Shown here one piece after another: positions 50,623-61,821 of a DNA stretch of 64,000 bases (the first letter of the stretch is position 1; every line of letters begins with the position of its first letter). The notes beneath the pieces are model-generated. The model did no database searches. It was not told the DNA's origin and was given only the letters and a program-made list of their open reading frames with translations. Source of the DNA: Vulcanimicrobiota bacterium (GTDB lineage: Bacteria; Vulcanimicrobiota; Vulcanimicrobiia; Vulcanimicrobiales; Vulcanimicrobiaceae); contig OY970223.1 of assembly GCA_963714015.1 (NCBI GenBank), positions 2,912,001 through 2,976,000 on the forward strand. Direction: 5' to 3'. Made by a program: the position numbers and the translations under genes.

Positions 50623-51471
50623 CTCGTCGCGATGCGTTCGGCTGGGGCCCGGCAAACCGGCTGAGCGTTTTTCATTTTTGCGCTGATACATCTGCCGGTC
50701 CGCGAACTCGATCAAAGCCCCGTACTCCTGTGCATCAGACGGGTACATCGCAATGCCGACTGTCGCGCCGATGCTCGGCAACGGCACGCTGTTGCTGAAC
50801 GGCGCGCCGAGCACCGATTCGATCCCGATTGCAACGCGCTCGGCATGCAGCCGGTCGGGCACGTCTTCGAGCAGCACGACGAATTCATCGCCGCCCATGC
50901 GCCCCACCGTATCTACCGCGCGAACCGCATGTAAGAGCCGGCCGGCGACGTGCTGGAGCACGTGGTCACCCACCGTATGACCGTAGCGATCGTTGATCTC
51001 TTTGAAGCCGTCGAGATCCACGAACAGCAGCGCGACCTTCTTGCCGCGCTTTTCCGCGCGATCGAGGCCATTGTTAATGCGCTCCTGCAGTGAACGCCGG
51101 TTTGGGAGAGCGGTTAATGAGTCGGACCGTGCCGCCACCTCACTCTTGCGCAGCCGTTCGGACGTGAGAAGGATCGCTACGAGCGCCACAGCCAGGAACA
51201 ACGCGTCCGTGGGCATGGTCCATCGCACGAAAAACATGGGCGGCAAAATGTCATTGTCTAAAACCGCAAAGACCGCTGCGCACAACAGTGCGGTTACCAG
51301 CGCCAGACGGCGGCTTCCGAAAAACCCGATGAGCAGCAACGGAATAACCGAAAGAATTCCGATATGGATTTCGCCGACGAGGACGTCGATGGCCACGAGA
51401 GCGGCAAGCCCCGCGAACGCTGCGAGCAACCACCGGGTAGCCAAGGGGATCCGAATCAATAGCGCCTTCAT
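50581..51471 (-). CDS. Membrane-anchored diguanylate cyclase
   Basis: TM helices, DSLTALPNR, DLDGFK, RAVD I-site, GGDEF. Confidence 0.92.
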   Translation of the reverse strand: MKALLIRIPLATRWLLAAFAGLAALVAIDVLVGEIHIGILSVIPLLLIGFFGSRRLALVTALLCAAVFAVLDNDILPPMFFVRWTMPTDALFLAVALVAILLTSERLRKSEVAARSDSLTALPNRRSLQERINNGLDRAEKRGKKVALLFVDLDGFKEINDRYGHTVGDHVLQHVAGRLLHAVRAVDTVGRMGGDEFVVLLEDVPDRLHAERVAIGIESVLGAPFSNSVPLPSIGATVGIAMYPSDAQEYGALIEFADRQMYQRKNEKRSAGLPGPSRTHRDELTLELDPQRSETS

Positions 51472-51624
51472 CGAATTGAGGAATATTTAAGTCTGTCGTT
51501 CGGCTTTCGCCTATTCAGCCGGGACCAAAGAACTATTTAGCGGCCCGCACGGTGGAAAAAATTTCTCAGTAAACGCTCAGGACGCTGCTCTCGCTCGCCG
51601 CGTTACTGGTGCAAGGAGCCAACG

Positions 51625-52105
51625 ATGCATAAACTCTCACGCCTCATTCCGGTTGCCCTTGCCGCGGCTGCGCTCGCCGCGTGCAGTTCGGGCGGCAGTT
51701 CAAGCAGCCCCGTAAATCCATACCCCGGTCCTAACTACGGTCCCGGCGCTTGCGACCCCGGCACAAGCGTACAGGCTCGCAAATCCCGCGCCGTATCAGA
51801 CCGGCGTCAATCCGAACATCGGATCGATAACCATCGTCGCAAACGGCAACAACAACTCCCTCTATTCGGCGCCGGGCAACTGGCAGGTGGTAGTTCAGGA
51901 CAACTACGGCGACCAGCCCATCTTCGGTGCGCCGCTGCAGCCCATGCCGGATAAGAACGGTCCGCATCCTTACAGTTCGGACTTCTATTACTCGTCTTCG
52001 CTGCAAGGTCAGTCGCTCGAGCCCGGACTTACCTGGTACGCGTATCTTCAGCCGCTGAGCGGAAATTGCTCCACGCCGGTTCAGCTCGGAACGTTCCAGA
52101 CCTAA
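51625..52105 (+). CDS. Lipoprotein, hypothetical; +1 frameshift near 51775
   Basis: AAGGAG SD, lipobox LAAC; continues into frame of ORF 51887..52105. Confidence 0.7.
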
Positions 52106-52107
52106 CG

Positions 52108-53037
52108 TTAAATGAGCGAAATCTCGCGCGGCATCGTGAAGACTATCTCGGGTTCGGGCTTCCCGTACTCTTGAATCTCGAACTCGCCGATTTCACGAAG
52201 CCGCGCGACGATTGTCTGTACGAGATACTCCGGTGACGACGCGCCCGCGGTAACGCCGACGCGCTCCACGCCCCGGATCCATGCCGGATCGATTTGGCCG
52301 GCATCGTCGATCAAATAGGCGCGGGTTCCCAATTGCTGCGAAAGCTCGCCCAGCCGCAGCGAGTTGGAACTGTTCTCGGAACCTACCACCAGCAGCACGT
52401 CGCACCGGGGCGCTAGATCCCGCACTGCGTCCTGCCGGTTTTGGGTGGCGTAACAGATGTCGTCGCGAGCGGGAGTGCGCACCTTCGGAAAGCGCCGGCG
52501 CACGGCGTCCATGATGTCGCGCGTTTCGTCCACGCTCAGCGTCGTCTGCGTGATGACGGCGACGCGTTCTTCGTCCGGAACGCTCAAATGCGCGACGCTT
52601 TCGGCGTCCTCGACGAGCGTGATTCGATCGGGAATTTCTCCCATCGTCCCGATGACCTCGTCATGATCGGCATGCCCGATCAGCAGAACGTGCAGTCCCG
52701 CCTTGGCAAACTTTATCGCCTCGTAGTGCACTTTCGAGACAAGCGGGCACGTCGCATCGATTACGCGCAGCCGTCGATCGCGCGCCATGCGCCGCACTTC
52801 GGGCGAGATGCCGTGGGCGCTGAAAACCAAAATCGCGCCTTCGGGAGCTTCGTCCACTTCCTCGACGAAAACCGCCCCGCGGCTGCGCAGCCGTTCGACG
52901 ACCTCGCGATTGTGCACGATTTCCTTGCGGACGTAGACGGGTCCGCCGTGCTGATCGAGCAACCGATCCACCACCGCGATGGCGCGATCGACTCCCGCAC
53001 AGCAACCGCGCGGATTCGCCAACATCATCTTCTGCAT
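52108..53037 (-). CDS. ispH: 4-hydroxy-3-methylbut-2-enyl diphosphate reductase
   Basis: PRGCCAGVDRAI, IVHN, SAHG, DATCPLV, ICYATQNRQ, NSSNS, TAGASSP. Confidence 0.96.
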   Translation of the reverse strand: MQKMMLANPRGCCAGVDRAIAVVDRLLDQHGGPVYVRKEIVHNREVVERLRSRGAVFVEEVDEAPEGAILVFSAHGISPEVRRMARDRRLRVIDATCPLVSKVHYEAIKFAKAGLHVLLIGHADHDEVIGTMGEIPDRITLVEDAESVAHLSVPDEERVAVITQTTLSVDETRDIMDAVRRRFPKVRTPARDDICYATQNRQDAVRDLAPRCDVLLVVGSENSSNSLRLGELSQQLGTRAYLIDDAGQIDPAWIRGVERVGVTAGASSPEYLVQTIVARLREIGEFEIQEYGKPEPEIVFTMPREISLI

Positions 53038-53266
53038 CTCTGAAAGGATGTTGCCTCCGTTCCCGATATACCCCTCCGGCCTTTTTCCGCGAGGCCACGC
53101 GATGAAAGTCGCATCTCCTGGTGCGGCATAGAGGCGGCACCGCGCAGCCCACTGCTCGGCGGCACCTAACCGGAAGACCCCGGGGGAAGCCCCCGCTTAG
53201 TGGGAATATATCGTCCAGCGACCGCATCGAGGGCGTTTTTTAGCACTTCTCTGGAGGACCGCGCAG

Positions 53267-54634
53267 ATGCATAACCGGATCGTTCTTACCGCATGCGCAG
53301 CGGCGTCTGCCTTTTTGGCTGCGTGCAGTTCGAACTCGGGAGCCGGAAGCCCGATCAGCCCCATGGCCGCCAACAGCGGGGCCATTCCCTCTAAACAACA
53401 GCCGTACCGTTTCCACGGGATCGATCACATCGTGATCATCGTTCAAGAAAACCGCACGCCGGACAATCTCTTTCAGGGACTTCCCGGAGCCGATATCGCA
53501 AGCTCCGGCCTGAACAGCGAAGGTCAAACCATTGCGCTTCAGCCCATTCCACTCGCGAGCAAGTACGACGTCTCTCACACGCACGCGGCGTTCCTGCAGA
53601 TGTACGACAACGGCAAGATGGACGGCGCTAATTTGGAGTTGACCACGTGCGGAAATTCCTGTCCTTATCAAAATCCCCAATACGGCTACGTGCCGTCAAG
53701 CGAGGTTCAGCCCTACCTGCAATTGGCGGAGCAATTCACGTTCGCCGACCGCATGTTCCAAACGAACGAGGGGCCTAGCTTCCCAGCGCATCAATATATT
53801 ATCGCGGGAACGTCGGAACCCAAAGACGGCAGCGACCTGCTCGCCGCCGAGAATCCTAAACTTTGGAGCAGCGGCAACGCAGTGGCCGGCTGCACCGCAC
53901 CGGCCAAAGAGCGAGTCGCGATGATCGATCCGTACGGCAACGAAAACACGCTGCAGTATCCGTGTTTCGATCATGAGACGCTGATGGATCTACTCGACGA
54001 GGGTTCCATCTCGTGGAAGTACTACGCAAATCAGGCCAACGGGATCTGGACCGGTCCAAACGCAATCTCGCATCTGCGCTTTGGCAACGACTGGAACAAC
54101 GTCGATCTGAAACCAAGCGACGTGCTGACTGACATTCAGAACAACAATCTCGCGCAGGTCTCTTGGGTCATGCCGACGGTCCTCGCATCGGACCATGCCA
54201 AAGTCACGAACGGCAGCGGACCTTCTTGGGTTGGATCCGTCGTCAACGCGATAGGGCAGAGTCCCTACTGGCGGAATACGGCGATCTTCGTCGTGTGGGA
54301 CGACTGGGGCGGCTGGTACGATCACGTCGCTCCGCCGAACATCTACAACTCGTACGAGCTCGGCTTCCGCGTGCCGCTCATCGTGATCTCGCCGTACGCA
54401 AAGCCCCATTACGTCTCCCATGTGACGCACGAGTTCGGAAGCATCCTCAAGTACGTCGAGGAGAATTTCAATCTTCCGTCGCTGGGCTACACGGATGAGC
54501 GGGCCGACGATCTGTCCGATTGCTTCGACTACAACCAGCATGCCATTCAGTACAAGGCAGTCAAGACGCAGTACAATGCCGAGTACTTCATCCGCAACTG
54601 GAGCAAGGGACGCGACCTTCCTGAGGACTACTAA
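53267..54634 (+). CDS. Phosphoesterase / phospholipase C family lipoprotein
   Basis: Lipobox [42 protein letters not shown]. Confidence 0.9.
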   Translation: MHNRIVLTACAAASAFLAACSSNSGAGSPISPMAANSGAIPSKQQPYRFHGIDHIVIIVQENRTPDNLFQGLPGADIASSGLNSEGQTIALQPIPLASKYDVSHTHAAFLQMYDNGKMDGANLELTTCGNSCPYQNPQYGYVPSSEVQPYLQLAEQFTFADRMFQTNEGPSFPAHQYIIAGTSEPKDGSDLLAAENPKLWSSGNAVAGCTAPAKERVAMIDPYGNENTLQYPCFDHETLMDLLDEGSISWKYYANQANGIWTGPNAISHLRFGNDWNNVDLKPSDVLTDIQNNNLAQVSWVMPTVLASDHAKVTNGSGPSWVGSVVNAIGQSPYWRNTAIFVVWDDWGGWYDHVAPPNIYNSYELGFRVPLIVISPYAKPHYVSHVTHEFGSILKYVEENFNLPSLGYTDERADDLSDCFDYNQHAIQYKAVKTQYNAEYFIRNWSKGRDLPEDY

Positions 54635-54645
54635 CATACGCAGAC

Positions 54646-54672
54646 GGGGACGCGCCGGCAAGCGTCCCCTTT
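54646..54672 (+). terminator. Terminator-like hairpin
   Basis: GGGGACGC...GCGTCCCC-TTT. Confidence 0.6.
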
Positions 54673-54772
54673 CCGCCTAGCCCGGTCTGCGGCGGGGAAC
54701 ATCCATCATCAACATGTCGATTGATGCACCCGCCGTGTCCGCGACGCAGACGCTCTGAAGCACCGCCGCAGG

Positions 54773-55990
54773 TTGATCGTCGCCCGCCTGCGCCAGATGG
54801 CGCCGGGCATCGTTTCAGCCGCGTCCGACAACGATCCAACGACCGTTGCATCACTCGCCGTGATCGGATCGAGCACGGTTTACGGCCTGTCGTGGCTCGT
54901 GCTGCTGGCGATTCCGATGCTTGCCGTAGTGCAGGGCGTGAGCACTTACTTAGGGACCGTCTCCAAGGCCGGACTCGAAGATCTGATTCGCCGCAGGTAC
55001 GGCAAGACGGCCGCGCTCGTCTTGCTCCTGTCGGTACTCATCGTAAACGTGCTCACCTTCGCGGCAGATTTGGAAGGCGGCGGCGCCGCCTTGTCGCTCC
55101 TGAGCGGCATCGACTACCGCTGGTGGATCGTGCCGCTGGCCGTTATCTCATCGGCACTCCTCATTTTGGGAACCTACCGCAAAGTCGAACGCGTGCTGGT
55201 GTTCATTCCGCTTGCGTTCATCGCTTATGTTATCGCGGCCGTCATGGCGCATCCCGATTGGGGCGCCGTGCTTCGCGCCTCGTTCGTCCCGCACTTTGGA
55301 AGGTCGGCTGCGTATACGTCCGGTGCGATTGCCTTATTGGGTACGACGTTGACGGCATATGCGTATCTTTGGCAACAAATCGAGATGTCCGAAGAGGCGC
55401 CGCCGCTGCGCCGCTTGGGACTCGTACAAGTGGACGCGACGGTAGGAGCAATCGCCGCAGGCATCACGTTTTGGTTCATTACGATTGCCACCGGAGCAAC
55501 GCTCGGGGTGCGTCATCAAGTAGTCAATACCGCATCCCAGGCCGCTTCGGCGCTCGCGCCGGTTGCGGGACGTTTTGCCGAAATAATCTTCGGCATCGGT
55601 CTGCTCGGTTCGGCGCTGCTTGCGCTCCCGGTTTTGCTTGCGACGTCGGCGTACTTGGTCAGCCAGCTGTTCGGTTGGGCCGGTAAACTCGACGCTCGTT
55701 TCTTTCAGGCGCCGCGCTTCTATCTCACGATGCTCGGCGTCTGCGCTGCGGGGTGCGCGATCGGCTTCGGCGGCGTGGGGCCGATTCATTTGCTGTTCGC
55801 CAGCTCCATCGCGGGAGGCATCGCAACGCCGATCTCTCTGGTGTTTCTTCTGCTTTCGGCGGGCGAGCGGAGCAACCGCGGTCCCGTTCCGATCAAGCGG
55901 TGGCTGCTCGTCTGCGGATGGATTACGGCGATCGTGGTGACCGCTTCCGCCGCCGCATTCCTCTATCAGACCATGACCGGGAATTCATGA
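54773..55990 (+). CDS. NRAMP-like divalent metal transporter (start may be slightly upstream)
   Basis: PGIVSAASDNDPTT, many TM helices, ALLGTTLTAY. Confidence 0.85.
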   Translation: MIVARLRQMAPGIVSAASDNDPTTVASLAVIGSSTVYGLSWLVLLAIPMLAVVQGVSTYLGTVSKAGLEDLIRRRYGKTAALVLLLSVLIVNVLTFAADLEGGGAALSLLSGIDYRWWIVPLAVISSALLILGTYRKVERVLVFIPLAFIAYVIAAVMAHPDWGAVLRASFVPHFGRSAAYTSGAIALLGTTLTAYAYLWQQIEMSEEAPPLRRLGLVQVDATVGAIAAGITFWFITIATGATLGVRHQVVNTASQAASALAPVAGRFAEIIFGIGLLGSALLALPVLLATSAYLVSQLFGWAGKLDARFFQAPRFYLTMLGVCAAGCAIGFGGVGPIHLLFASSIAGGIATPISLVFLLLSAGERSNRGPVPIKRWLLVCGWITAIVVTASAAAFLYQTMTGNS

Positions 55991-57147
55991 TCGATCCGGA
56001 ACAGCGCGCGCGCGAAATGCACGTGCGGCGCTATGGCGATGCGCCAAAGGTTGCCGTTGCTCCGGGACGCGTCAATCTCATAGGCGAGCACACCGATTAC
56101 AACGACGGTTTCGTTCTGCCGATGGCTATCGATCGCCGGACGGCCGCCGCATTCAGCGCGCGCGACGACGGCGCCGTGCGGATCTACTCGTGCGAATTCG
56201 ACGACGAAGTGAGCTTCCGGCTGAACGATCGACCGCCGAGCTCCGCACACGAATGGACGTCCTATACGCGCGGTATGGCGTTCGCTCTGCGCGACCGCGG
56301 CTATTCGCTGAAAGGAGCCGAGGTCACCGTTGCCTCGAACGTTCCAATCGGCGCCGGGCTTTCTTCCTCCGCTTCTCTTGAAGTAGCGGTGGGAAAGGCG
56401 CTCGCCGCAAATGCCGGCTTGCAATTGGATCCGCGCCAGCTCGCCCTCATCGCGCAGGGCTGCGAGCATCGCTTTGCCGGAGTTCTGACCGGAATCATGG
56501 ATCAGCTCACGGCGACTTCAGCCAAAGCAGGACACGCGCTGCTGATCGATTGCCGGACGCTGAACTGCGAGCCCGTGCCCGTTCCCGATCGCTGGAGCGT
56601 AGCTATCTGCGACTCACTGGTTCATCACGACCTGGGCGCTTCGCAATACAACGAGCGCCGGCGGGACTGCGAAACTGCGCGTGACGTCCTCGCGTCGAGT
56701 TATCCCAACGTGCGGGCTCTGAGGGATGCCGATCTCGAAATGCTGGACTCGGTAAAGGCTTCGATGGACGAACGCATCTACCGCCGCGCGCTTCACGTCA
56801 TCGGCGAAAACGCCCGAACGATTGAAGCATCGCAGGCGTTGCGAAATGCGGACGGCGCGCGTTTCGGCGAGCTGATGCGCCGGTCGCATGCCTCACTTCA
56901 CGAGCTGTACGAAGTAACGATTCCGGAGCTCGATGCGCTCGCCCAAACGTGCGCCCAAGTCCCCGGCGTCTACGGCGCGCGGATGACCGGAGGCGGTTTC
57001 GGCGGCTGCGTCGTTGCGGTTATGGAGCGCGGGGCAGAGCAGCGCATGATCGATTGCGTTACGGCGGCCTATTATCGGCCCAAGCAGAAAGACGCCGCTG
57101 TTTGGCTGGTGCAGCCGAGCGCGGGCGCTTCGCTCTACTCGACGTAA
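55987..57147 (+). CDS. galK: Galactokinase
   Basis: APGRVNLIGEHTDYN, PIGAGLSSSA, GIMDQ, GARMTGGGFGG. Confidence 0.95.
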   Translation: MIDPEQRAREMHVRRYGDAPKVAVAPGRVNLIGEHTDYNDGFVLPMAIDRRTAAAFSARDDGAVRIYSCEFDDEVSFRLNDRPPSSAHEWTSYTRGMAFALRDRGYSLKGAEVTVASNVPIGAGLSSSASLEVAVGKALAANAGLQLDPRQLALIAQGCEHRFAGVLTGIMDQLTATSAKAGHALLIDCRTLNCEPVPVPDRWSVAICDSLVHHDLGASQYNERRRDCETARDVLASSYPNVRALRDADLEMLDSVKASMDERIYRRALHVIGENARTIEASQALRNADGARFGELMRRSHASLHELYEVTIPELDALAQTCAQVPGVYGARMTGGGFGGCVVAVMERGAEQRMIDCVTAAYYRPKQKDAAVWLVQPSAGASLYST

Positions 57148-57377
57148 TTCTCTACGACGTTTGCGGGGCGCATCTGTGCAGCCTCGGGGTTCCCTCCGGT
57201 TTCGCGCAACGCGCGCCGCTGCCGCAGCAAGTCGTAGTAACGGTCGAGCTGCACGTTGATCTCGTCAAGCCGCTTTCGCTCTTCGGACTTCAGAGCGCGA
57301 TCGTCTCCGAGCGCCCAGAGCCGCTCCTCTTCTCCAACCAATTGCTCGATGTGCGTCTGCACTTCTTTATCGTTCAT
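57135..57377 (-). CDS. DUF2630-like protein
   Basis: IEQLVGEE..LDRYYDLLRQRRA..RPANVVENY. Confidence 0.8.
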   Translation of the reverse strand: MNDKEVQTHIEQLVGEEERLWALGDDRALKSEERKRLDEINVQLDRYYDLLRQRRALRETGGNPEAAQMRPANVVENYVE

Positions 57378-58249
57378 CGTGAGCTCCGTGATGCGTGCTG
57401 ACGGGCTGTTCGAGCCCCAAACGGACGCGGTCCTCCAGGGTCAGTTCGATCGAGGCGGCCGCGACGTTCTCTTCCAAATGCCCTAACGACGAAGTCCCCG
57501 GGATCGGCAGAACCGCCGGCGAGCGATGGAGCAGCCACGCCAGCCCGATTTGAAACATCGTTGCACCGTGAGATTTGGATACCACTTGCAACTCCGTATC
57601 GTCGGCAAGGTCGCCGGCGCCGAGCGGAAAGTACGGAATGAATGCGATCTGATTACGTTCGCAGTAGGCGATGATCCGGTCGTTCTCACCCCGGTTGTGG
57701 ATGTTATAGAGATTCTGCACCGAGGCAACGCGCACGATCTTCTCGGCTTCCAGCAGCTGTTGGAAGCTCGACGTTCGAGAGCCCGGCGTGCTGGATCTTG
57801 CCCTCGACGCTCAAGTCGCGCAGGGCGCCGACTTGATCCGGCCAAGGCACTTTGGAATCGACTGCATGCAGTTGGTAGAGGGAAATGCGATCGAGTTTCA
57901 GACGCTTGAGGCTCGCCTCAGCGCACGCTTTCAGGCGTTCGGGGCGGCAATCGCGCGACCACTGTCCGGGACCGCTGCGCACTGAGCCGCCTTTCGTGGC
58001 GATGACTAAATCGGCCGGATACGGATACAGCGCCTGCGCGATCTGCTCTTCGTTCACTTCAGGGCCGTATGCGTCGGCGGTATCGATGAAATTGACGCCG
58101 AGTTGCACCGCGCGCCGCAGGACGCGCAGCGCGTTCTCGCGGTCCGCCGGCCATCCCCATACGCCCGGACCGCACAGCCGCATAGCGCCGTAGCCCATGC
58201 GGTTTACCGTCAGATCTCCGCCGACCGTTAGCGTTTTAACCATTGACAA
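57367..58249 (-). CDS. Aldo/keto reductase; +1 frameshift near 57763
   Basis: GYGAM, DTADAYG, ATKGG, GLSNV, VQNLYN, PIPGTS. Confidence 0.88.
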
Positions 58250-59093
58250 TCGTTCCGCCGTTCACGTGAATCGTCTGCCCGGTAATGTACGAAGCGCGCG
58301 AAGAGAGCAGGAAAACTACGGCTTCGGCAACTTCGTACGGCTGACCCGCGCGCTTCATCGGCACGTCTTTGCCGAATTCGGCGACTTTCTCGGCGGGAAA
58401 CGTCGCCGGAATCAAGGGCGTCCAAATTGGGCCCGGGGCTACGGCGTTGACGCGCACGCCTTTCTCGGCGACGGCTAGGGCGAGCGAGCGAGTAAATGCT
58501 ACGATCGCGCCCTTCGTGGCGGAGTAGTCGATGAGCTGCGGACTGCCTTTATATGCATTGACCGACGCGTTATTGACGATTGCGCCGCGCTGCCTTCGCA
58601 GATGCGGGAGCGCGGCTTGGCTCAGGTAGAACTGCGCGAGGATGTTCGTGCGAAACGTCTTCTCCAGATTGTCGAACGTCATGCTTTCGAACTCTTCCTC
58701 CGGATGCTGCTCGCCGGCATTGTTGAACAAACCGTCAAGGCGGTCAAACGCGCGCACCGTTTCGGCAACGAGCCTGCGGCAGTGTTCCGGATCGCCGATA
58801 TCTCCCGAAAGCGTTAAGCACTTGCCGCCCGCGGACTCGACGAGATGTTTCGTTTCAGACGCGTCCTCGTGCTCGTCCAAAAAGCCGAACGCCACCGTGG
58901 CGCCTTCACGCGCCGCGTTCACTGCCACGGCGCGGCCGATACCGCTGTCGCCTCCGGTAATCAGGAGCACCTTGCCGCCAAGCATTGCCGCGGGATGATG
59001 TTCGGAATTCTCATACTGCGGCGGCGGCTGCATCTGCGACTCAATGCCGGGCTGCCGCTCCTGATGCTGGGGCGGCGGTTTCTGCTCTGCCAT
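58236..59093 (-). CDS. SDR oxidoreductase (general stress protein YhdF-like)
   Basis: [30 protein letters not shown]. Confidence 0.92.
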   Translation of the reverse strand: MAEQKPPPQHQERQPGIESQMQPPPQYENSEHHPAAMLGGKVLLITGGDSGIGRAVAVNAAREGATVAFGFLDEHEDASETKHLVESAGGKCLTLSGDIGDPEHCRRLVAETVRAFDRLDGLFNNAGEQHPEEEFESMTFDNLEKTFRTNILAQFYLSQAALPHLRRQRGAIVNNASVNAYKGSPQLIDYSATKGAIVAFTRSLALAVAEKGVRVNAVAPGPIWTPLIPATFPAEKVAEFGKDVPMKRAGQPYEVAEAVVFLLSSRASYITGQTIHVNGGTIVNG

Positions 59094-59196
59094 ACCGCGT
59101 CGTATACCCCATCACTGTCGAGAACTGTCTCATCGCGCACCGCCGAAGCCTCCTGAAGGTAGGCTTCGCACCCTCGCGGCGCAAAAAGGCCTTGCC

Positions 59197-60921
59197 GTGA
59201 CCGACCAAGCGCCCAAAACACCGTTACCGGAACTGCGCCATACGGCTGCGCACGTGCTCGCCTACGCCGTGCAGGATCTGTTTCCCGAGGCCAAGCCGAC
59301 GATCGGACCGGCGATCGAGAACGGCTTTTATTACGACTTCGATCGCGAGCAGCCGTTCACTCCGGAAGATCTGGAGCGCCTGGAAGGGCGCATGCACGAG
59401 ATCGTCAATGCGGGCTATGAGATGACCGGTCGCAAAGTCAGCCGCGACGAAGCGATCGAGCGTTTCAAAGACAATCCGTACAAAGCCGAAATCGCGCGCG
59501 AGATTCCCGAAGGTGAACCGATTACGCTCTATACGATCGGCGAGTTCACGGATCTTTGCCGCGGGGGTCACGCTCACTCGACCAGGGAGATCGGTGGTCT
59601 GAAGTTGACCACCGTCGCAGGCGCGTACTGGCGCGGCGACGAGCATAATCCGATGCTCCAGCGGATTTACGGCACGGCGTGGCACACGCGCGAGGAATTG
59701 GACCATTACCTTCAGCAGCTCGAAGAAGCGCAGCGGCGCGATCATCGCAAACTGGGTGTCGAACTGGACCTCTTCAGCATTCAAGAAGAGGCAGGAGGCG
59801 GACTGGTCTTTTGGCATCCCAAAGGCGCGGTGATGCGCGGAATCGTTGAAAACTTCATTCGCGAAGGCTTGCGCGAGCGCGGGTATCAGCCGGTGGTCAC
59901 GCCTCACGTCGTCAGCGAAAAACTCTACGAGATCTCGGGGCACTTAGAGAACTTCGGCGAGAACATGTTCGGCGCTCTGGAAGTCGAGGAGCAGCGCTTC
60001 CGGCTCAAGCCGATGAACTGTCCGGGTCACATTCTCATTTACAAGACGCATCTGCACAGTTACCGCGAACTTCCGATCCGCTACTCGGAATTCGGAACGG
60101 TGTACCGGTTCGAACGAAGCGGCGTGCTTCACGGGCTTACGCGCGTGCGGGGTTTCACGCAAGACGACGCGCATCTGTTCTGCACCGAAGATCAATTGCA
60201 AGGAGAGTTCGAACAGACGCTGGATGAGGCGCTGCGTTTGATGCACGCGTTCGGGTTCAGCGAATTCGAGTATTTTCTCTCGACTCGCGAAGAGCGCTTG
60301 CGCGAGGAGACCGACCCCGTTGCCGAACAGGCGATTCGCAAGGCGCTCGAAAGCCGCGGGCTTGCGTACCAAGTGGACGCCGGCGGCGGCGCGTTCTACG
60401 GTCCCAAGCTGGACATTAACGTGCGCGACGCCATCGGCCGCAAGTGGCAGCTCGGCACGGTGCAAGTCGACTTCGTCCTGCCCAAGCGCTTCGATCTCAA
60501 ATATCGATCGGCGGAGGGGGACCGGACTCCGGTCATGATTCATCGGGCCTTAGCCGGATCGCTCGAGCGCTTCTTCGGGATACTCATCGAGCATTATGGC
60601 GGCAACTTCCCGGCGTGGCTGGCCCCGGTTCAGGCCGTGGTGGCGCCTATCAGCGAACACCAGATCGACTATGCGGGGCAAGTGAGAGACCGATTAGTTT
60701 CGGCGGGCCTAAGAGTGGAAATCGACGAGTCGAACGAAAAACTCGGTTACAAAATCCGGCATTGGAAAACCCAGAAGGTGCCGTATATACTGGTCGTCGG
60801 AAAGCAAGAGGCCGCGGAGGGTACGGTCAACGTCAACGAGCGCGGCACCGAAGCCAAGCGCACGATTTCCGCGGACGAATTCACTCAAGAGCTGCTCGCA
60901 AAGGTCAAATCCAAAGCATGA
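59197..60921 (+). CDS. thrS: Threonyl-tRNA synthetase (short form)
   Basis: RHTAAH, DLCRGGH, RDHRKLG, KPMNCPGH, RVRGFTQDDAH, AFYGPK, MIHRA. Confidence 0.97.
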   Translation: MTDQAPKTPLPELRHTAAHVLAYAVQDLFPEAKPTIGPAIENGFYYDFDREQPFTPEDLERLEGRMHEIVNAGYEMTGRKVSRDEAIERFKDNPYKAEIAREIPEGEPITLYTIGEFTDLCRGGHAHSTREIGGLKLTTVAGAYWRGDEHNPMLQRIYGTAWHTREELDHYLQQLEEAQRRDHRKLGVELDLFSIQEEAGGGLVFWHPKGAVMRGIVENFIREGLRERGYQPVVTPHVVSEKLYEISGHLENFGENMFGALEVEEQRFRLKPMNCPGHILIYKTHLHSYRELPIRYSEFGTVYRFERSGVLHGLTRVRGFTQDDAHLFCTEDQLQGEFEQTLDEALRLMHAFGFSEFEYFLSTREERLREETDPVAEQAIRKALESRGLAYQVDAGGGAFYGPKLDINVRDAIGRKWQLGTVQVDFVLPKRFDLKYRSAEGDRTPVMIHRALAGSLERFFGILIEHYGGNFPAWLAPVQAVVAPISEHQIDYAGQVRDRLVSAGLRVEIDESNEKLGYKIRHWKTQKVPYILVVGKQEAAEGTVNVNERGTEAKRTISADEFTQELLAKVKSKA

Positions 60922-61821
60922 AATCCGATGCACGCGTACTCTTTATCGCCGGCGCGCTCGCCCTTGGGGCGTGCTCGGGTAACTTCAGCTCGGGCACCGG
61001 AATGCCGCAATCAGCGGGCATGCCTCCCGTTAACTCCTCGCCTATGCCGCCCAACGGTCAGAACGGCCTTCCCTCACAGTCGAACGGACAATCCAGCCCG
61101 CCGCCGCCGGGCACTTATGCCGTCGCTCAGGCGCAGACGGGTTTTGCGTGCCCATCGACGACCGAGGGCTATGATTGCACGCTGAAATTCAATATGCCGG
61201 CGGCCACGCCCAGCCCGAAGCCAGGCGCTAAAGCCAAGTCGACGCCGACCCCAACGCCGACTCCGACACCAACCCCCTCGCCGCAGCCCTCGGCTTCGTC
61301 TGAGGAGGGCGACGAGTCGCCCTCGCCCAGTCCCTCGCCCGCCGGTCCTTCCGTTACGCTAAAGGCGGAGGCCCAGCCCAAGGGCGCGCCGGCCATGGTC
61401 CATACGCCGCCGAATTCGCTGGACGTCGTGCCGCTGATGATGGTGTCGATTACCGCTAACGGCGATTTCCCGATCGACGGCAATGCGGTCGCGCAGTTCA
61501 CGCTGCCCAAAGAACAAATCGAGGGACGGGGCTTCGCAGTGCAGCTGTTCCAAGAGACGAGCGCCCACCGGCGCACAAACTACCAGCCGGTGTGGACGTT
61601 CGACAAATCCTATTTGAGCAATGACACGCTTACATTCAATTACACGCCCCCGAAGATGACGATCGCCAAGGGAAGCACCTACGTGCTCGTGCTATACGGC
61701 GACGACAAATCGAAGCAGAGTCCCAGCCCCAAGCCGACCGCAACGCCCAAGCCGACCACGCCGCCGAGCGGCTCTCCCGCACCGAGCGCCTCGCCTACAC
61801 TCACAGCCCGACGGCGAGTGA
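60918..61821 (+). CDS. Pro/Thr-rich lipoprotein, hypothetical
   Basis: Lipobox LGAC, PTPTP linkers; probable stop TGA 61819-61821 after +1 correction near 61800. Confidence 0.7.

Noticed and set aside
61200..61800. PT/PS repeats as CRISPR or VNTR
   Set aside because: Degenerate low-complexity protein linkers; no repeat-spacer structure or cas genes in the window
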